Positions 1-21,732 of a DNA stretch of 64,000 nucleotides are shown here, in pieces. The position numbers and the translations under genes were made by a program. Below the pieces are notes generated by a model, which worked only from the letters and a program-made list of their open reading frames with translations, was not told the DNA's origin and searched no databases. How positions within the stretch are numbered: the stretch's first letter is position 1; each line of letters opens with the position of its first letter. The DNA is from the human T2T-CHM13v2.0 reference genome, Homo sapiens: assembly GCF_009914755.1 (NCBI RefSeq), contig NC_060925.1. The stretch is one strand, 5' to 3'.

Positions 1-2
1 CA

Positions 3-182
<180 letters not shown>

Positions 183-204
183 TCAAAAAAAAAAAAATAA
201 TAAT

Positions 205-575
205 AATACTAAACCCACATCCACCAGTGCCATGACAGTTCCTGGGACATCCATATTTGGCATAAAAACAGGTAACACCACAATTTTGAGAAACCCTCAC
301 CTTTTTCCAGGAATCTTCATAAATATCCCACCCCTTGGTTAAAGAAACCCATAAAGGTGGAAGCTCCCAACCCTGCTGGGTGCAACTCTCTCTTGAGTAG
401 GCCCGAACTCTCCTTTCTTGAGTGTGTACCTTTTGCTTTGCAATAAATCTCTGTACTTTCACTATTTTCTGACTTGTCCTTGAATTCCTTCTGGCAAAGG
501 TGTCAAAAGCCTGGACACCGCCTGCGGTTAAGGTCCCACTGGCGTTTGGGGACCTCCTCTAGCCCACTGGCATCA
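205..575 (+). mobile_element. 3' part of an ERV1 LTR (MER50-like), preceded by an Alu (1-~200)
   Basis: AATAAA at 442 and terminal GGGGACCTCCTCTAGCCCACTGGCATCA resembling the MER50 end. Family call is from memory. Confidence 0.55.
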
Positions 576-844
576 GAAACATTACACAAATCAGCTCACA
601 CTATAAATCAGCCCCGGGCCCACCATCCCAGCCTGTTGAACATGTTCCAGCACATCACGGACTCTGGTACTACATCAGGCACCAGATCCAGATAACATAT
701 CTTGCATCTCACCCAGGATCTTGAGAAACACGCTTTGGAAGCCAGCAGCCCTATGGGGGCAGCCACACCATGTGAGCATCGGCCACACCCTTGGGTGGCC
801 CTGGAACCAGACCATCCTCCAGCCCCCGTTGGTCTGGAAACCAG

Positions 845-982
845 CAACAGCCCCATCACCTGGGAGCTGGTTAGAAAAATGCAAAATCCACTTCACTCCA
901 GACCTGCTGAATCAGAACCTGCATTTTGGCCACATCCCTGGTGGTTCAAGCTCACATTTAAGTTCGAGAAGCTCTGCTCTAG
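845..982. mobile_element. MER5-like hAT-Charlie MITE remnant
   Basis: catcacctgggagctggttagaaa..gcaaaat..ccagacctgctgaatcagaacctgcatttt is a typical MER5A core. Confidence 0.65.
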
Positions 983-1189
983 GCTTTTCCTGAATGCGGC
1001 GCATCAGTGATTCCTCCCGGCCCCAAGGCCTCTGTGCCCAACCAGGACTGACTTACCCCGGCCTTGCACAGCACCCGCAGGACTCTCCTTGGTGTTGATG
1101 TGGGCACTGGCTGACTGCCACAGCACTCTATGCCTGCTCTCTGACTCTGTCACGCGTCTGCTTTTCCTCCTGGGATAATGTGGTGCTGG

Positions 1190-1784
1190 TGTTGATGAAA
1201 AGAGTCAAACTGTAAAATATTTTTAGAGATTTATTCTGAGCCAAGTATGAGTGACTACGGCCTGTGACACAGCCCTCAGGGGGTTCTGAGAACATGTGCC
1301 CAAGGGTACAGCTTGCTTTTCTACATTTTAAGGAGGCATGAGACATCAATCAAACACATTTAAGAAATACATTGTTTTGGTCTAGAAAGGCGGGACGATT
1401 CAAAGGTGGGGGAGGGTTCTTCCAGGCTATAGGTAAATTTAGACACTTTCTGGTTGATAATTGTTTGAATTTGTCTAAAGACCTGGGATTAAACAGAAAG
1501 GAATGTCTGTAAGATAAGAGGTTGTGGAGACCAAAGTTTTACCATGCAGATGAAGCTTTTAGCTAGCAGGCTTCAGAGAGAATAAGTTGCAAAATGTTTT
1601 TTATCAGCCTTAAAGTCTGTGTCACTGTTGGTGCTGGAGAGGTTTGATGAGGCATGTTCGAACCCCACTTCCATTATGGCCTGAAACAGTCTCTCAGGTT
1701 AAGTTTTAAGAGCCCTGACTGAGGAGGAAGTTCATTCAGATGGTTGTGTCGGGAGGGCGGCTTAGAATTTTACCTTTGGTTACA
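1190..1784 (-). mobile_element. MER4-family solo LTR
   Basis: Minus strand begins TGTAACCAAAGGTAAAATTCTAAG and ends TTTGACTCTTTTCATCAACA. TSD CTGG on both sides. Confidence 0.8.
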
Positions 1785-2451
1785 CTGGGATGGCAGTGGT
1801 GCAGGACGGGGCAGGTTTGCTCCCCTCCAGGCCAAGACAAGTGCTGGCTGCAGAAAGGTTTTATCTGCTGGTATTTGAAAAGCTTTCCCTGATGCAACGG
1901 GCCCAGGCAAATCCTGGGAGTTCTGCTGTCTGCCAGGGAGAAAAGCTGAAGGGAGGAAGGGTCTGATCCCATCTCTGGTATCATGGTCCTAAGAAATTGC
2001 TGGAAATGCTTTCCTCATTAACAGGTACTGCCCAACAAGAATAAGTCTTCCCTCCCAGGTCCTCTGTTGACTGCTGAGGATGGGCCTGGGGCCCTGAGAA
2101 CAAAGGAAGGGAACTAGTTAATATGAAGTGGGACAGGGAGTTCAATCTTCATGATCACTTGGATAATGAAGAAAGGCTAACTAGCAGGGATAATGACAGC
2201 TGGACTTTCTCAAGGGCTCTTTCTCCAGCTTAGTCATTGCCTGAAGTGTAACTGCCCGATGGGTTCTTTCTGCCCGCTACACAGACAAAGTCAATTGACT
2301 GAAACCATGGCATTGCAGTAAAGAAAGAGTTTAATTGCTGCGAGGCCAGCCACGCCCTAAGGGAGAGGGAGTTACCACTCAAATTAATCTCCCGGAAAGC
2401 TCAGAGGCTGGGATTTTCTTTTTCTCTCTCTTTTTTTTTTTTTTTTATTGA

Positions 2452-2791
<340 letters not shown>

Positions 2792-2842
2792 TGATTGGTT
2801 CTGGAATGCCATCATAAGGGTATGGAAAACGGTACTGGTGCT

Positions 2843-3574
<732 letters not shown>

Positions 3575-3576
3575 TT

Positions 3577-3594
3577 TGGTGCCAAAACCCGGGA
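3577..3594 (+). other. Primer-binding site, tRNA-Phe
   Basis: TGGTGCCAAAACCCGGGA versus the tRNA-Phe 3' complement TGGTGCCGAAACCCGGGA: one mismatch. Confidence 0.9.
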
Positions 3595-3939
3595 TGGGTG
3601 TTGGCGGCAGAGGCTCTCTTGCAACCCAAGAGGCAGTGGGCAGCAGCGGCCCTCATCCTGAATTAACTCCTGGATCCTGAGAGCCTCTGGACAGCCGCCC
3701 TGTCTTTTCTCTTGTTTCACTTTTCAAGCGATTTATGTGAGGAGGACAATTAATCTGAAGGGGACTGTGAGACTCGGGCCAGGGCTACTCTCCGGTGGGC
3801 TCTCAAAACCCTCAGGTCTCAGGAATCCACCTCCAACTGCCTGCAACAGGTATTTCGCTCTCTAGCACTTGCTCCCTCTTCCTTCCTCTTCTCTCTCTCT
3901 CTCTTCCTCGTGTGCCTCCAGTCCAGGAGGCCCTTTGCC

Positions 3940-5910
<1,971 letters not shown>

Positions 5911-5939
5911 AGGGTCCCTGGGATTCTTCACCCCCACAT

Positions 5940-8900
5940 CTAGTGAGTCCATGGAACCCAGGGTAATTTGGACAGTATCCATTAATATTACTTCCTTTCT
6001 TTTGGATACTGGGGCGAGCCTATCAGTATTAACTGAATATGAAGGCCCATTAGAACATTCATCCGTTTCTGTTGGCGTGAGGGGCATATAAGAAACAAAA
6101 CACTGCCACTATACTGCTCATTTCAGGGAGTCACCCTCACTCTTTTTTGGTCATTCCTCACTGTCCCACTCCTTTATTAAGAAGGGACATTCTACACAAA
6201 CTAGGGGGAATCATTCATTTATTGGCCCTAAACCAAAGCCACTCTTATATATTATTATGTCAAGAACAGACCCCTCCTCAGACATTCAACATCAAACAGA
6301 CTTAAATCCCAAATTCCTCAGCCAAGTAAACCCCATAGTATGGAACACTGACTTCTGCATAATAGCTACCCACCATTCTCCAATCCAAATTTCACTGAAG
6401 AATCCTAAGCACTATATAGTGGTCCTACAATATCCCCTCAATCCTGAATGGATTACGGGGACTCAAGCCCATCATCTCTCAACTTTTGGCTGCCAATATT
6501 TTAATCCCCACCCATTCTTCCCACAATAATCCTATTCTCCCAATTAAAAAACAGGATGGCTCCTATAGACTGGATCAGGATTTGCGACAAATCAACTCCG
6601 CTTTTGTTCCTGTTTATCCTGTTGTCCCCAACCCCTATAACCTCCTGTCATGAATTCCTCCCAACACTAGCAACTTCTCTGTAATAAGCCTTAAAGATGC
6701 CTTTTTTACTATCCCTCTACATACCTCCTCTCAAAATCTTTTTGCTCTCACTTGGACTGATCCTGACACAGGCTCCTCCCAACAACTCACCTGACTGTCC
6801 TCCCCCAGGGGTTTAGGGACAGCCCTCACTATTTCTGTCAGGCACTTCAATTAGACCTCTCCCAACTACCTCTACAACCTAGCATTTTGCTTCAATATGT
6901 GGACAATTTACTCCTTTGCAGCCATTCCCTAAAATATTGTATTCAACACACCACCAAGCTTTTAAATTTTTTGGCTGAATGGGTACTAGGAATCCAAAAG
7001 AAAGGCCCAATTAACATCTCCGAAAGTTTCATACCTAGGATTAATCATAACTCCGAATATCCAGGATATTCTGTCAGCACAAAAGCAACGTGTTCAACAA
7101 ATCCCATTTCCTAAAATAAGAAGGGACTTACTTTCCTTCCTCGGATTAGTGGGCTATTTCTGAATATGGATAGCAAATTTTGCCATTATTGCTAAACTCC
7201 TTTATTAACACACTAAAGGAAATCTTGACCAACTACTTACTCCCATCCCAGACCTTCTATCATGCTTTCTTGCACCTAAAACATGCCTTATTACAGGACC
7301 CCGCTTTAGGTCTTCCAAATCCGCTAAGACCTTTTCATCTATATTTACATAGTTCTCATAATCAGGCCCTTAGACTTCTAGCCCAACCCATGGGAAACTC
7401 CCTCCAACCAGTGGCATATTTTTCCAAACAACTGGACCCCGTTTATAAAAGCTGGCCTCTTTGCTTAAAATTTTTGGCCACAGCTTCAATAATTACACAC
7501 AAAAGCTCACGTTCTATGAACCTCTTCAAGTATTTCCTTCTCACAGTCTACAAGATATGGTCAGCCATAAGGTGCTCATCTCCATCTCATCCTCTCATGT
7601 GCAAGCCCTATATTCAACTCTCTCAACCCTCTATCTCTCTTCATGATGCCCCCTGTTAATCCTACCACTCTTACCTTCAATGCCAATTTTAAACCCTGAC
7701 CAACACTCATGCTCTAATCTAATTGAAAGTTCTCTCACCATGTTTTACCACCTTACTTCCACTCACATAAAAGGAGTCCCAGATTGGTTTATAGATGGGA
7801 GCGCATCAAAAAACCCTCCCCTCAAAGCAGGATATGCCATCATTGGAGGGTATCATGATAATATCCACTTTCTCCCACCTAGAAAAGTCACAGAGGCTGC
7901 TCCCTTGCCTTTGGGCACACCCTCCCGACAAGCAGAACTAGTTGCCCTAATAAGAGCACTAGCTCTAGCAAAAACACACACACTTTAATATATACACCGA
8001 TTCTAAATATGCCTATAACATTATTCATTCCAGTGCTCAAATTTGGAGTGAGTGGGGCTATCTCATGGCTCAGGGAACCCCTATCATTAATGAAAAACCC
8101 ATCCATCATCTATTAACGGCAGTTCTACTTCCAGAAAAGGTTGCAGTTATCCATTGCAACGTACATCAATCGGACAAAAGCCACATTTCTTTAGGGAACA
8201 ATGAGGCTGACTTGGGTAAAACATGCCTCAACCAATCACCCAATTCCCCAATATCTATTTCCCCTCATACAACATATCCCCTCTTTTTATCCAGAACACC
8301 AAACACAACAACTAACCACAGTGGGGGCACAATTCAAACCCTACATACTGGTTCATACAAAACAAATTAGTCCTACCTGACCCTGAATAAACAACTCTTC
8401 TACGGGACATTCACAACCTCTTCCACACTAGCCATTTCCCTCTACACCATTTCTTAAGTTTCCATATACACTTAACCCCAGATATAAAGGAAGAGTTAAA
8501 AGCCATTTCCCATCAATGCTCTATTTGCCAAAAAGCTTCACCCCACTCCAATACCCCCTTCTTTCCCAACCCACCAAGCCAGAGGACACCTTCCAAAACA
8601 GGATTGGCAAATTGATTTTACCCATATGCCCCCAGTAAAAAGGGTTCAATTTCTTTTAGTTCTGGTTGATACCTTTTCGGGATGGGTTGAGGCCTTTCCC
8701 ACAACAAACAAACGAGCTTCTACTGTCGCCTCCAAATTAATAACAGAAATCATCCCCAGGTTCAGGGTGCCTCTTTCTTTTCAATCTGATAATGGTCCTG
8801 AATCCATTTCTCAAATTACTCAAACACTTGCAGGAGCCCTACAAATCACCTGGAAGCTATGCATCCCCTATCAACCTCAGTCTTCAGGAAAGGTTGAGAA

Positions 8901-9495
8901 AATGAACGGCATTTTAAAAAACACCCTCACCAGGTACTCACTCCAGACACATAAAGACTGGGTTACCCTTTTGCCTTTAGCCCTTCCAAAAATTTGGGCG
9001 CTCCCACGTAAGCCTCTAATGCTCAGACCCTTTGTACTCATGTATAGGAGACCACTCGCCCCTTTTGCTGCACCTCAGGGTCAAGCCCCACCTCTACAAA
9101 CCCCTCTCGTTTCCCCTCTTCTGCATACCATCCGCCATTTCATTTGGGAATACGCTGACAAATACTTGCCACAACCCATCGCCAACTCCTTTAATCCCTT
9201 CCTACAGCCAGGAGACTGGGTTCTAGTAAAAGATCTCAGCCCTACCCCCAATCCCCACCTCACACCTAAATGGAAGGGACCTTACCAGATCATCGTTACT
9301 ACACCCACAGCAGCAAAACTCCAGGGACTCCCCAGCTGGTTTCATCATTTTTCTCTCAAGAAAACAGACTTCCCTTCACCACATACCCAAACAACCAAAT
9401 CTAAAACCCCTTCAGCCTTCTGTCACATCTCCACAGGACCAACTTCCCTTCGCCTCACCCAAATCCTGGAGGAAAAGGAGGAGGAGTGCACATAA
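5940..9495 (+). pseudogene. ERV pro-pol remnant (protease, RT, RNase H, integrase)
   Basis: LLDTGAS at ~6005, LPQGFRDSP at ~6800, QYVDNLL at ~6896 (YVDD mutated), WFIDGS/RQAELVAL/YTDSKY (RNase H), WQIDFT..SDNG..SSGKVE (integrase). Multiple frameshifts. Confidence 0.9.
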
Positions 9496-9499
9496 GCCG

Positions 9500-11520
<2,021 letters not shown>

Positions 11521-11655
11521 CATCTACAATGGAGTTACTCCTGTAATTAATCCGAAACCAAAGAACTCTCCGCCCTCTGCCCCCCAGCCCTCAGCAGGAA
11601 GTAGCCAGAAAGAACACGCCGCCCCTCATCCTTTTTATAACTATAGGGACTGGAT

Positions 11656-12085
11656 TGACAGAGCAGGAACATTGCCATCTTGAACAAACACCGCCATCCT
11701 ACGTTCCTGTTGATGGATGAAAAACCGCCTAAATCCAGCCCCAGAACATCAGCCTAATGGCCAATATTAGCATAACTGGAAACATTCCAATGCTAAGATA
11801 AACCCCTCTCTGACCAGAAACATGCCAACCCCAAGACAGCCTCCCCTCTGACCAGAGACATTCTAACCCCGCAATAAATTTTCCCTCACATAGAAACATT
11901 CTGAACCTACAATAAGCTCACCCACCTTCCAAAAAACCCTTAAATATCCTTAGTCTGTCTGAGAGAAGGGCTCTCTGACCTAACTCAGCCGGAAGCCCCT
12001 CTCAGGTTTGTTTTCTCTAAAATAAACCTGCCCTTAACTGTCAAGCCACATTTTGTGTTTCTTTCTTCTTTCTTTAAGTCTTACA
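11656..12085 (+). mobile_element. Proviral 3' LTR (430 bp, uninterrupted)
   Basis: TGACAGAGCAGGA...GTCTTACA, preceded by a short purine-rich PPT-like stretch, with AATAAA at ~12020. Confidence 0.92.
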
Positions 12086-13508
12086 GTGCTGAGTCCTCCT
12101 CTGGGTGGGGCCACAGGATGGGTTGAGTCATGAGTCCAGGTAGAGTTAGCCATCATCAGAAATACAAGTCTGAGACATCTCAAAAAGCAAATCTTAGGTT
12201 CTACAATAGTGATGTTACTTACGGGAGTAATTGGGGAGGTTATAAGTCTTGTGACCTCTGGAACAATGGCTGGTAGTCATTTACCTATGCCTACATCTTA
12301 GCAGAATTCAGGCCCCTCTCATAATCCTAACCTTGTGGACTTTCATTAGTTTTACAAAGGTGGTTTAGTTTTGAGAAGGGCTATTATCATCCTTGCTTTA
12401 AGGTTAAACTCTAAACTAAATTTCTCCCAAAGTTAGCTTGGCCCATACTCAGGAATGACCAAGGACAGCCTGGAGCTTAGAAGCAAGACAGAATCAACAA
12501 TGTTGGATTTCTCTCACTGTCATAATTTTTGCAAAGGCAGCTTTAGAAGCATTAGATTTCATTTAAGCCTCAATATCACCCCATTTTAGATGAACCTGTG
12601 GCTGAGTGAGGTCAACATTTTCTCAGAGTAATACAAGGATAAATAATGGGCCAGGTACAGCAGCTCATGCCTGTAATCCTAGCACTTTGGGAGGCTGAGG
12701 CAGGTGGATCACCTGAGGTCAGGAGTTCAAGACCAGCCTGGCCAACATGGCAAAACCCCATCTCTACTAAAAATACAAAAATTAGCTGGGCATGGTAGCA
12801 TGTGCCTGTAATCTCAGTTACATGGAAGGCTGGGGCAGGAGAATCGCTTGAACCCAGGAGGTGAAGGTTGCAGTAGGCCAAGATCACACCATTGCACTCC
12901 ATCCTGGGCAACAGAGCAAGACTCCGTCTCCAAAAAAAATAATAATAATAAATAAATAAAAGATGGAGTCCACTTCTCGGCCTTGTGGCCAAGATCAAGT
13001 ATAATAAACAATGGAGCCATAGTTGGAACTCAGTCTCTCTCTTTCCAGAGCCTCGTCGTTCACAAACCTGGTCGTCGGGACCCACCTGCTTCTCGTTTCC
13101 TTGGAGAATCAAAGCCATCCCCTCAGCTTGTCTACTGTAAGATGACTTGATAAACACACGGCTGCCTTCATCAATATCACTTCACTATGCCCAGGAGATT
13201 CTTGTCCTGCAAGACAACTGCTGCAAATAACTTTATGGTTCACTCCAGGAACTTCCTGGAAAGATTCATCAGCTCTTCAATAGAAAGCATCCAATGATAG
13301 CTTAGACTCAAAACTCATTCAACTAGCCACCAGCAAATCCTCATCATGCTGTGCTCACGTGTGAAAGGATTACATCACGACTTGCTAATCCCAAGAAGGC
13401 TGAAAGACTCATCTGAAACTATATGTTTTGATCTTCAAAAATATGGACTAGGCGTGGTGGTTCACGCCTGTAATCCCAGCATTTTGGGAGGCAGAGGCAG
13501 GTGGATCA

Positions 13509-14475
<967 letters not shown>

Positions 14476-16555
14476 CTAGGGCCCTGCAATAGGAGTGCCT
14501 TTCACTTCCCTGGTAAGCACCAGCTTTGTCCTGTGTACAGGCAGTGCCAACTCCATGGGCCTGTGACCCGTGCAGTTTCCAGGATCCTGCCCACAGAAGG
14601 GCAACTTCATATCTGGCCTGGCACAGGGTAAGCACTCAGGAAACGCCAGCTATTAGCTAGTGACAACGTCCTGACCCCACCACATCTGGCAAATCCTTTT
14701 CCTCGTGGAGCCTGGATTCTGGACTCTCCTCCCACAGGTGAGTAATTGTTACTAGACCCGCATGCTTCATTCAGAAAGTGGTCCACCTTGCCCCCAAAGC
14801 TTCCCCTGCTGGAGCTTTTCCTATGTGCAAGGCCTAAGCCTCAGCTGCATGCTGGGCTGACCCTTGGATACAGCCTGACTCTGTGCCAGGAGCCTGGCAG
14901 GCTCTGGGGAAAATGCCTGGTAGAGTGGTCCCTGGAACGTATGGTTTCTGCAGAGACTGTGGCATCCCAAAGACCCGCTTAGAAGTCTACGGGAGCAGAA
15001 GGAGGTGACCCTGTGGGGTGTGAGCTGCATATAGGCAGAAGCAGGAGGTCAGGCAAGAGGGAACGGTGTGGAGTGGTGTGGAGCAGTGTGGAACACGGAG
15101 CCTGGATTCTGAATGCATGCTGCATTTGCTGGGGTGAGGAAGGCGAAGAGAACTCCGGAGAAGAGGTCAGGGAAGAGGTGAAAAAAGGTCACTGAGGGGA
15201 GACAGATGGAAAGGGAAAGGCGCATGGCAGTTGATGAGTGGAGGGTCACAGGAGAGGGCCTCAAGGGGATGCTTCCATTTTCTCCCAGGTAAGCACATAG
15301 CATCAAGTTTAGAGATGCAAAGACAAAGGCAGGAGAGAATAGTTAACAAACCTCAGGGTGGTCGCGTCGAAGTAGCAGGACCAGGCCTGCTATTTTAATA
15401 TTACTTAAGTTTGTGTATGTTGTACCTTAATAACCAAATTCAAGATGCCACTTCTAGGGGCTATTCAATGCAGTTTGTGTTGTTGTTTTGTTTGTTTTTT
15501 GAGACTTGCTCTGTCACCCAGGCTGGAGTGCAGTGACGTGATCTCGGCTCACTTCGATCTCTGCCTCCCGGGTTCAAGCCATTCTCCTCAATGCAGTTTT
15601 AACTGCACAAAATCCAGACAGTGGAAGAAAGTTTAGGAGCTTTTGGCAGCAAAATTCCCAAGGCGGAGCAGTTTCAAGAAAACTATGACCGGAGGTGGGG
15701 CTGCATGGCCAGTGCAGATCTGCAAGTCACGCAGCAAGGCAGCCAGCTCCAGTAGATGCGTTTGGAAGGCTGCTCCCTTCCAAGAAGAGACCCTGTGTCC
15801 CAGCAGTCCCTGACCACCAGGAGGCCTGCAGATGCAGCTGCGGCGGGTCACCCTGTGTGTGATACAACCATGCATGAAGGGTGAAGGGGTCAGCAGCTCA
15901 GCCCTGGAGCATCTCTCTTAATCAAGTTCAGCCCCAAGTCATGGGTGCTTGGAACTTGGACCTGTTGACCCTCATCGGCTCTATCTAGGCAGCAGGCAAG
16001 GTGAACCCACTGGGCGGTTACACTAGGGTCCTGCTATAGGAGTGCCTTTCATTCCCCTGGTAAGCACCAACTTTGTGGACAAAGCCCAGGAATCTGTATT
16101 CTAAAACCCTCTCCCTATCTCTCCACCCCCATGATCTTTATTAGGTCAACTCAGGGGAAGCTGGCTATGCCAACAGGGCGGCTGCCTCTTTAGCTAATTT
16201 GCCAAGAGAGAAGGGCAGAGCTGTCTTCTCCAGGTCTCAGCCTCATGGTAGGCTCTGGAACCACAGCAACACAGGCCAATGCGAGCCACCTGTCCTGCAA
16301 CCGCCCCCTCCCCACCCTGCACAACACATCAGGAGGCAATCACTTTACCAAACACATAGGAGAAAAATAATTTATTTATTTAATTTAAAACAGCAAGACT
16401 TCAGCTTCCACCCAGTCAGGGCTTGCATTACAATTTTGCAGGTGCAAAAACTCACACTTTTGATGCCACAACTAGAAGTTTGTAAAAACTATTTTTCTTG
16501 TCGTGGACACGTGAAGAGTTCTGTTTGCACCCTCAGCCTGGGCCAAATAATCATC

Positions 16556-16561
16556 TTTATT
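16556..16561 (-). terminator. Candidate polyadenylation signal AATAAA; a second tandem AATAAATAAA lies at 16371-16380
   Basis: Plus-strand tttatt in non-Alu sequence, preceded in the transcript by U/GU-rich sequence. Confidence 0.6.
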
Positions 16562-16859
16562 TAAAAACAAAACAGAACAAACAAACCAAAAAACCCTCAA
16601 AAGCACAAAGAGGCAGAAAGCGGCTGGTAAACCTGGTTAAAAGACCAAAGTTCAGAAAGTGCATGGGAGAGGGACGCTGAGCTGCGGACACCGTTCCGGC
16701 TGCAGTACGTGTTATGGCTGAGGTTACACTTGGGTGACTCAGGGATGCAGGCAGATGAACATTAACCACACTAACAGAGGAGAAAGAAGCCCACTGGGGC
16801 TGTGCAAAGTGTCCAAGGAGCACAGCCCCTTTTGCCCTGATCAGATGTAACAGCCCCTC

Positions 16860-19583
<2,724 letters not shown>

Positions 19584-20468
19584 TAAGCCAGAACCCCTCC
19601 CTACTCATCCCCTTTGGTCTCCCCAAGAAGAGGAGGATTCTAAGAAAGGAGCTGGAGAGACAGTGGGGTCTTCGGGGGTTCCCTGAGACGCCTCTTCCTG
19701 CCCTTGTTCCAGCTTTGGAATTGGAAGGAGGGAACCTGTGTCTGAAGTGATTGACAGGTGGGGACAGGAGTGTGGATTCTGGCCTGTGCTTGACACTCAA
19801 ACCCAAGCTACGGCAAGGGTTAGCAGGCCATGGAGGGAGAGGCCAGGAGGCCCGGGGAGACTGCTGTCCCTGAGCAGCTGCGCCGGGCTGTGCTTGCCCC
19901 TGGTGGTCACCATGCAACCTCAGGGGAACCTTCAACCTGGTGAATGGCAACTGGTTCCTCTGTTGAGCAAAGTCTCCAAGGAAAGCCGGGTTCTCCAGAG
20001 AATCTTAACACCCTGACCAGCCGGGAATCTGCTCCATGATGTGTGGATGGGGACACATCTCTGAGGGCCCCTGACAGCTTATTTAATCACACAGAGGATA
20101 GGTGCACAGATGTGGGTCCCTCAGATTGTAAACAGTGCTGTGTGGTCCTCAGGACATCAAGGTCCACTGGGTGGGGGCACTGTGGCCACAGCTGTGGGCC
20201 ACCGGCTTCCCGAATCTCACTGCTACCCTTATGCAGATGAACGCCCACCCGTGGGCCAGGACGCTGGTACCGGTGGAACTTGCTGCCTGAGGATCTAGGA
20301 GGTAGAAGAAGCTGAGTTGGCAGCTGCTCTCCCAATGGAGCCGAGAGCATCAATAGCGGGGGCTTCTGGTGCAGCAGACATGCACTTCTGCCCCTGCAGC
20401 AGGGACTCACAGAAGTGCCTACCCCCAGGAAGGCAGCACCTATGCACAGAACTAGAAAGGACAAAAGC

Positions 20469-20684
20469 TCAGGTGCTTGGAAGTTCCCCTGGGGTCCCTT
20501 GGGATTCCTGAGATTCTCCTGGCTTGGAAGGCGCGGGAGCCTTGGGAGTGCCAGCCGGGCTCTTGGTGGGAGGCTGAGAAGAGCAGCAGCAGCAACAGAG
20601 AGAGAAGAGCCGAGTTCGGACGGCGCGGGTGCAGAGGACGAACATGATGCAGTTGGCACCTCCCTGAAACGTGTTCCCGATACC
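20469..20684 (-). CDS. GPR157: GPR157 coding part of exon 4 (TM7 and C-tail)
   Basis: GACAG acceptor. GIGNTFQGGANCIMFVLCTRAVRTRLFSLCCCCCSSQ...GELPST then TGA at 20471-20469. The four exons sum to 1008 nt (335 aa), matching my recollection of GPR157. Confidence 0.95.
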   Translation of the reverse strand, partial: GIGNTFQGGANCIMFVLCTRAVRTRLFSLCCCCCSSQPPTKSPAGTPKAPAPSKPGESQESQGTPGELPST

Positions 20685-21082
20685 CTGTCGGGAGAAAAGG
20701 AGCTGTGAGCATGGGGCTGGAGTTGGTCTCAGAAACACACGCGCTGTTGCAATTAAGAGAAACGGCTAGGCTGGGTGCGGTGGCTCACACCTGTAATCCC
20801 AGCCCTTTGGGAGGCTGAGGTGGGCGGATCACTTGAGGTCAGGAGTTGAAGATCAGCCTGGCCAACATGGTGAAACCCTGTCTCTACTGAAAATACAAAA
20901 ATTAGCTGGGCATGGTGGTGGGCGCCTGTAGTCCCAGCGACACGGAGGCTGAGGCAGGAGAATCGCTTGAACCCAGGAGGCGGAAGTTGCAGTGAGCCGA
21001 GATCCCACCACTGCACTCCAACCTGGGTGACAAAGCCAGACTCTGTCCCCGCACCCCCCCCCAAAAAAGAGAAATGGCTGAG

Positions 21083-21084
<2 letters not shown>

Positions 21085-21123
<39 letters not shown>

Positions 21124-21150
21124 CATACACACATGCATACATGCACACAC
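21085..21150. repeat. (CA)n microsatellite
   Basis: Seen directly. Confidence 0.95.
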
Positions 21151-21537
21151 ATGGGGTAGCTGGGAAGTGCTGTGTACCCCAGAACCTCCCCCCATCCTCC
21201 CCGCCATGGCTGATCTGGGATGACCTTGGCAATGGGCCTTCAGCAGGGCTCCAGGTCTTCTTGGCTGGGAAGGACCCAAGATCAGTCAACTCTCCTAGGG
21301 CTACTCCTAGGTCACTGGTGAGCACCTCACCACCCCGGACCACACTGATCCCACTCTGCCTTCTCTCTTCAAGGTCCTGTCTCAGGCAGAGAGGAAGGCA
21401 CAGCACAGTGGGGCCGAGCTCCTCCCTGCAGCTGTGCCTTGGCCGACACTGGGGTGCAGCCACTGTGCTGCGGGAAGGAATCAGGCTGTGCCTCCTCTGG
21501 GGGCAGGGACGACAAGGGCCAGGGAGGGCAGACCTAC

Positions 21538-21732
21538 ATGCAGAACCACCAGCACCGGCGTCTGCACGGCCGGGGAGCCACAGAGGGTCAGCACGAACCG
21601 CACGGTGCTCCAGACCCTGAGGCCGATGAAGATGAGCGGGATGAGCACCAGCTTCTTGTCCGCCATGGAGGAGTGGCGCAGCAGGCGGTGCTCCTGGGAG
21701 AGGATGGGCCGGTACTCAGAGAGTGCCGTGTG
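21538..21732 (-). CDS. GPR157: GPR157 coding exon 3 (ICL3-TM6-ECL3)
   Basis: CACAG acceptor. [46 protein letters not shown]...VLVVLH. Donor CAT|GTAGGT. 195 nt, symmetric phase 0. Confidence 0.95.

Noticed and set aside
20753-21620. 236-aa and 217-aa ORFs in intron 3
   Set aside because: Built from Alu and (CA)n sequence.
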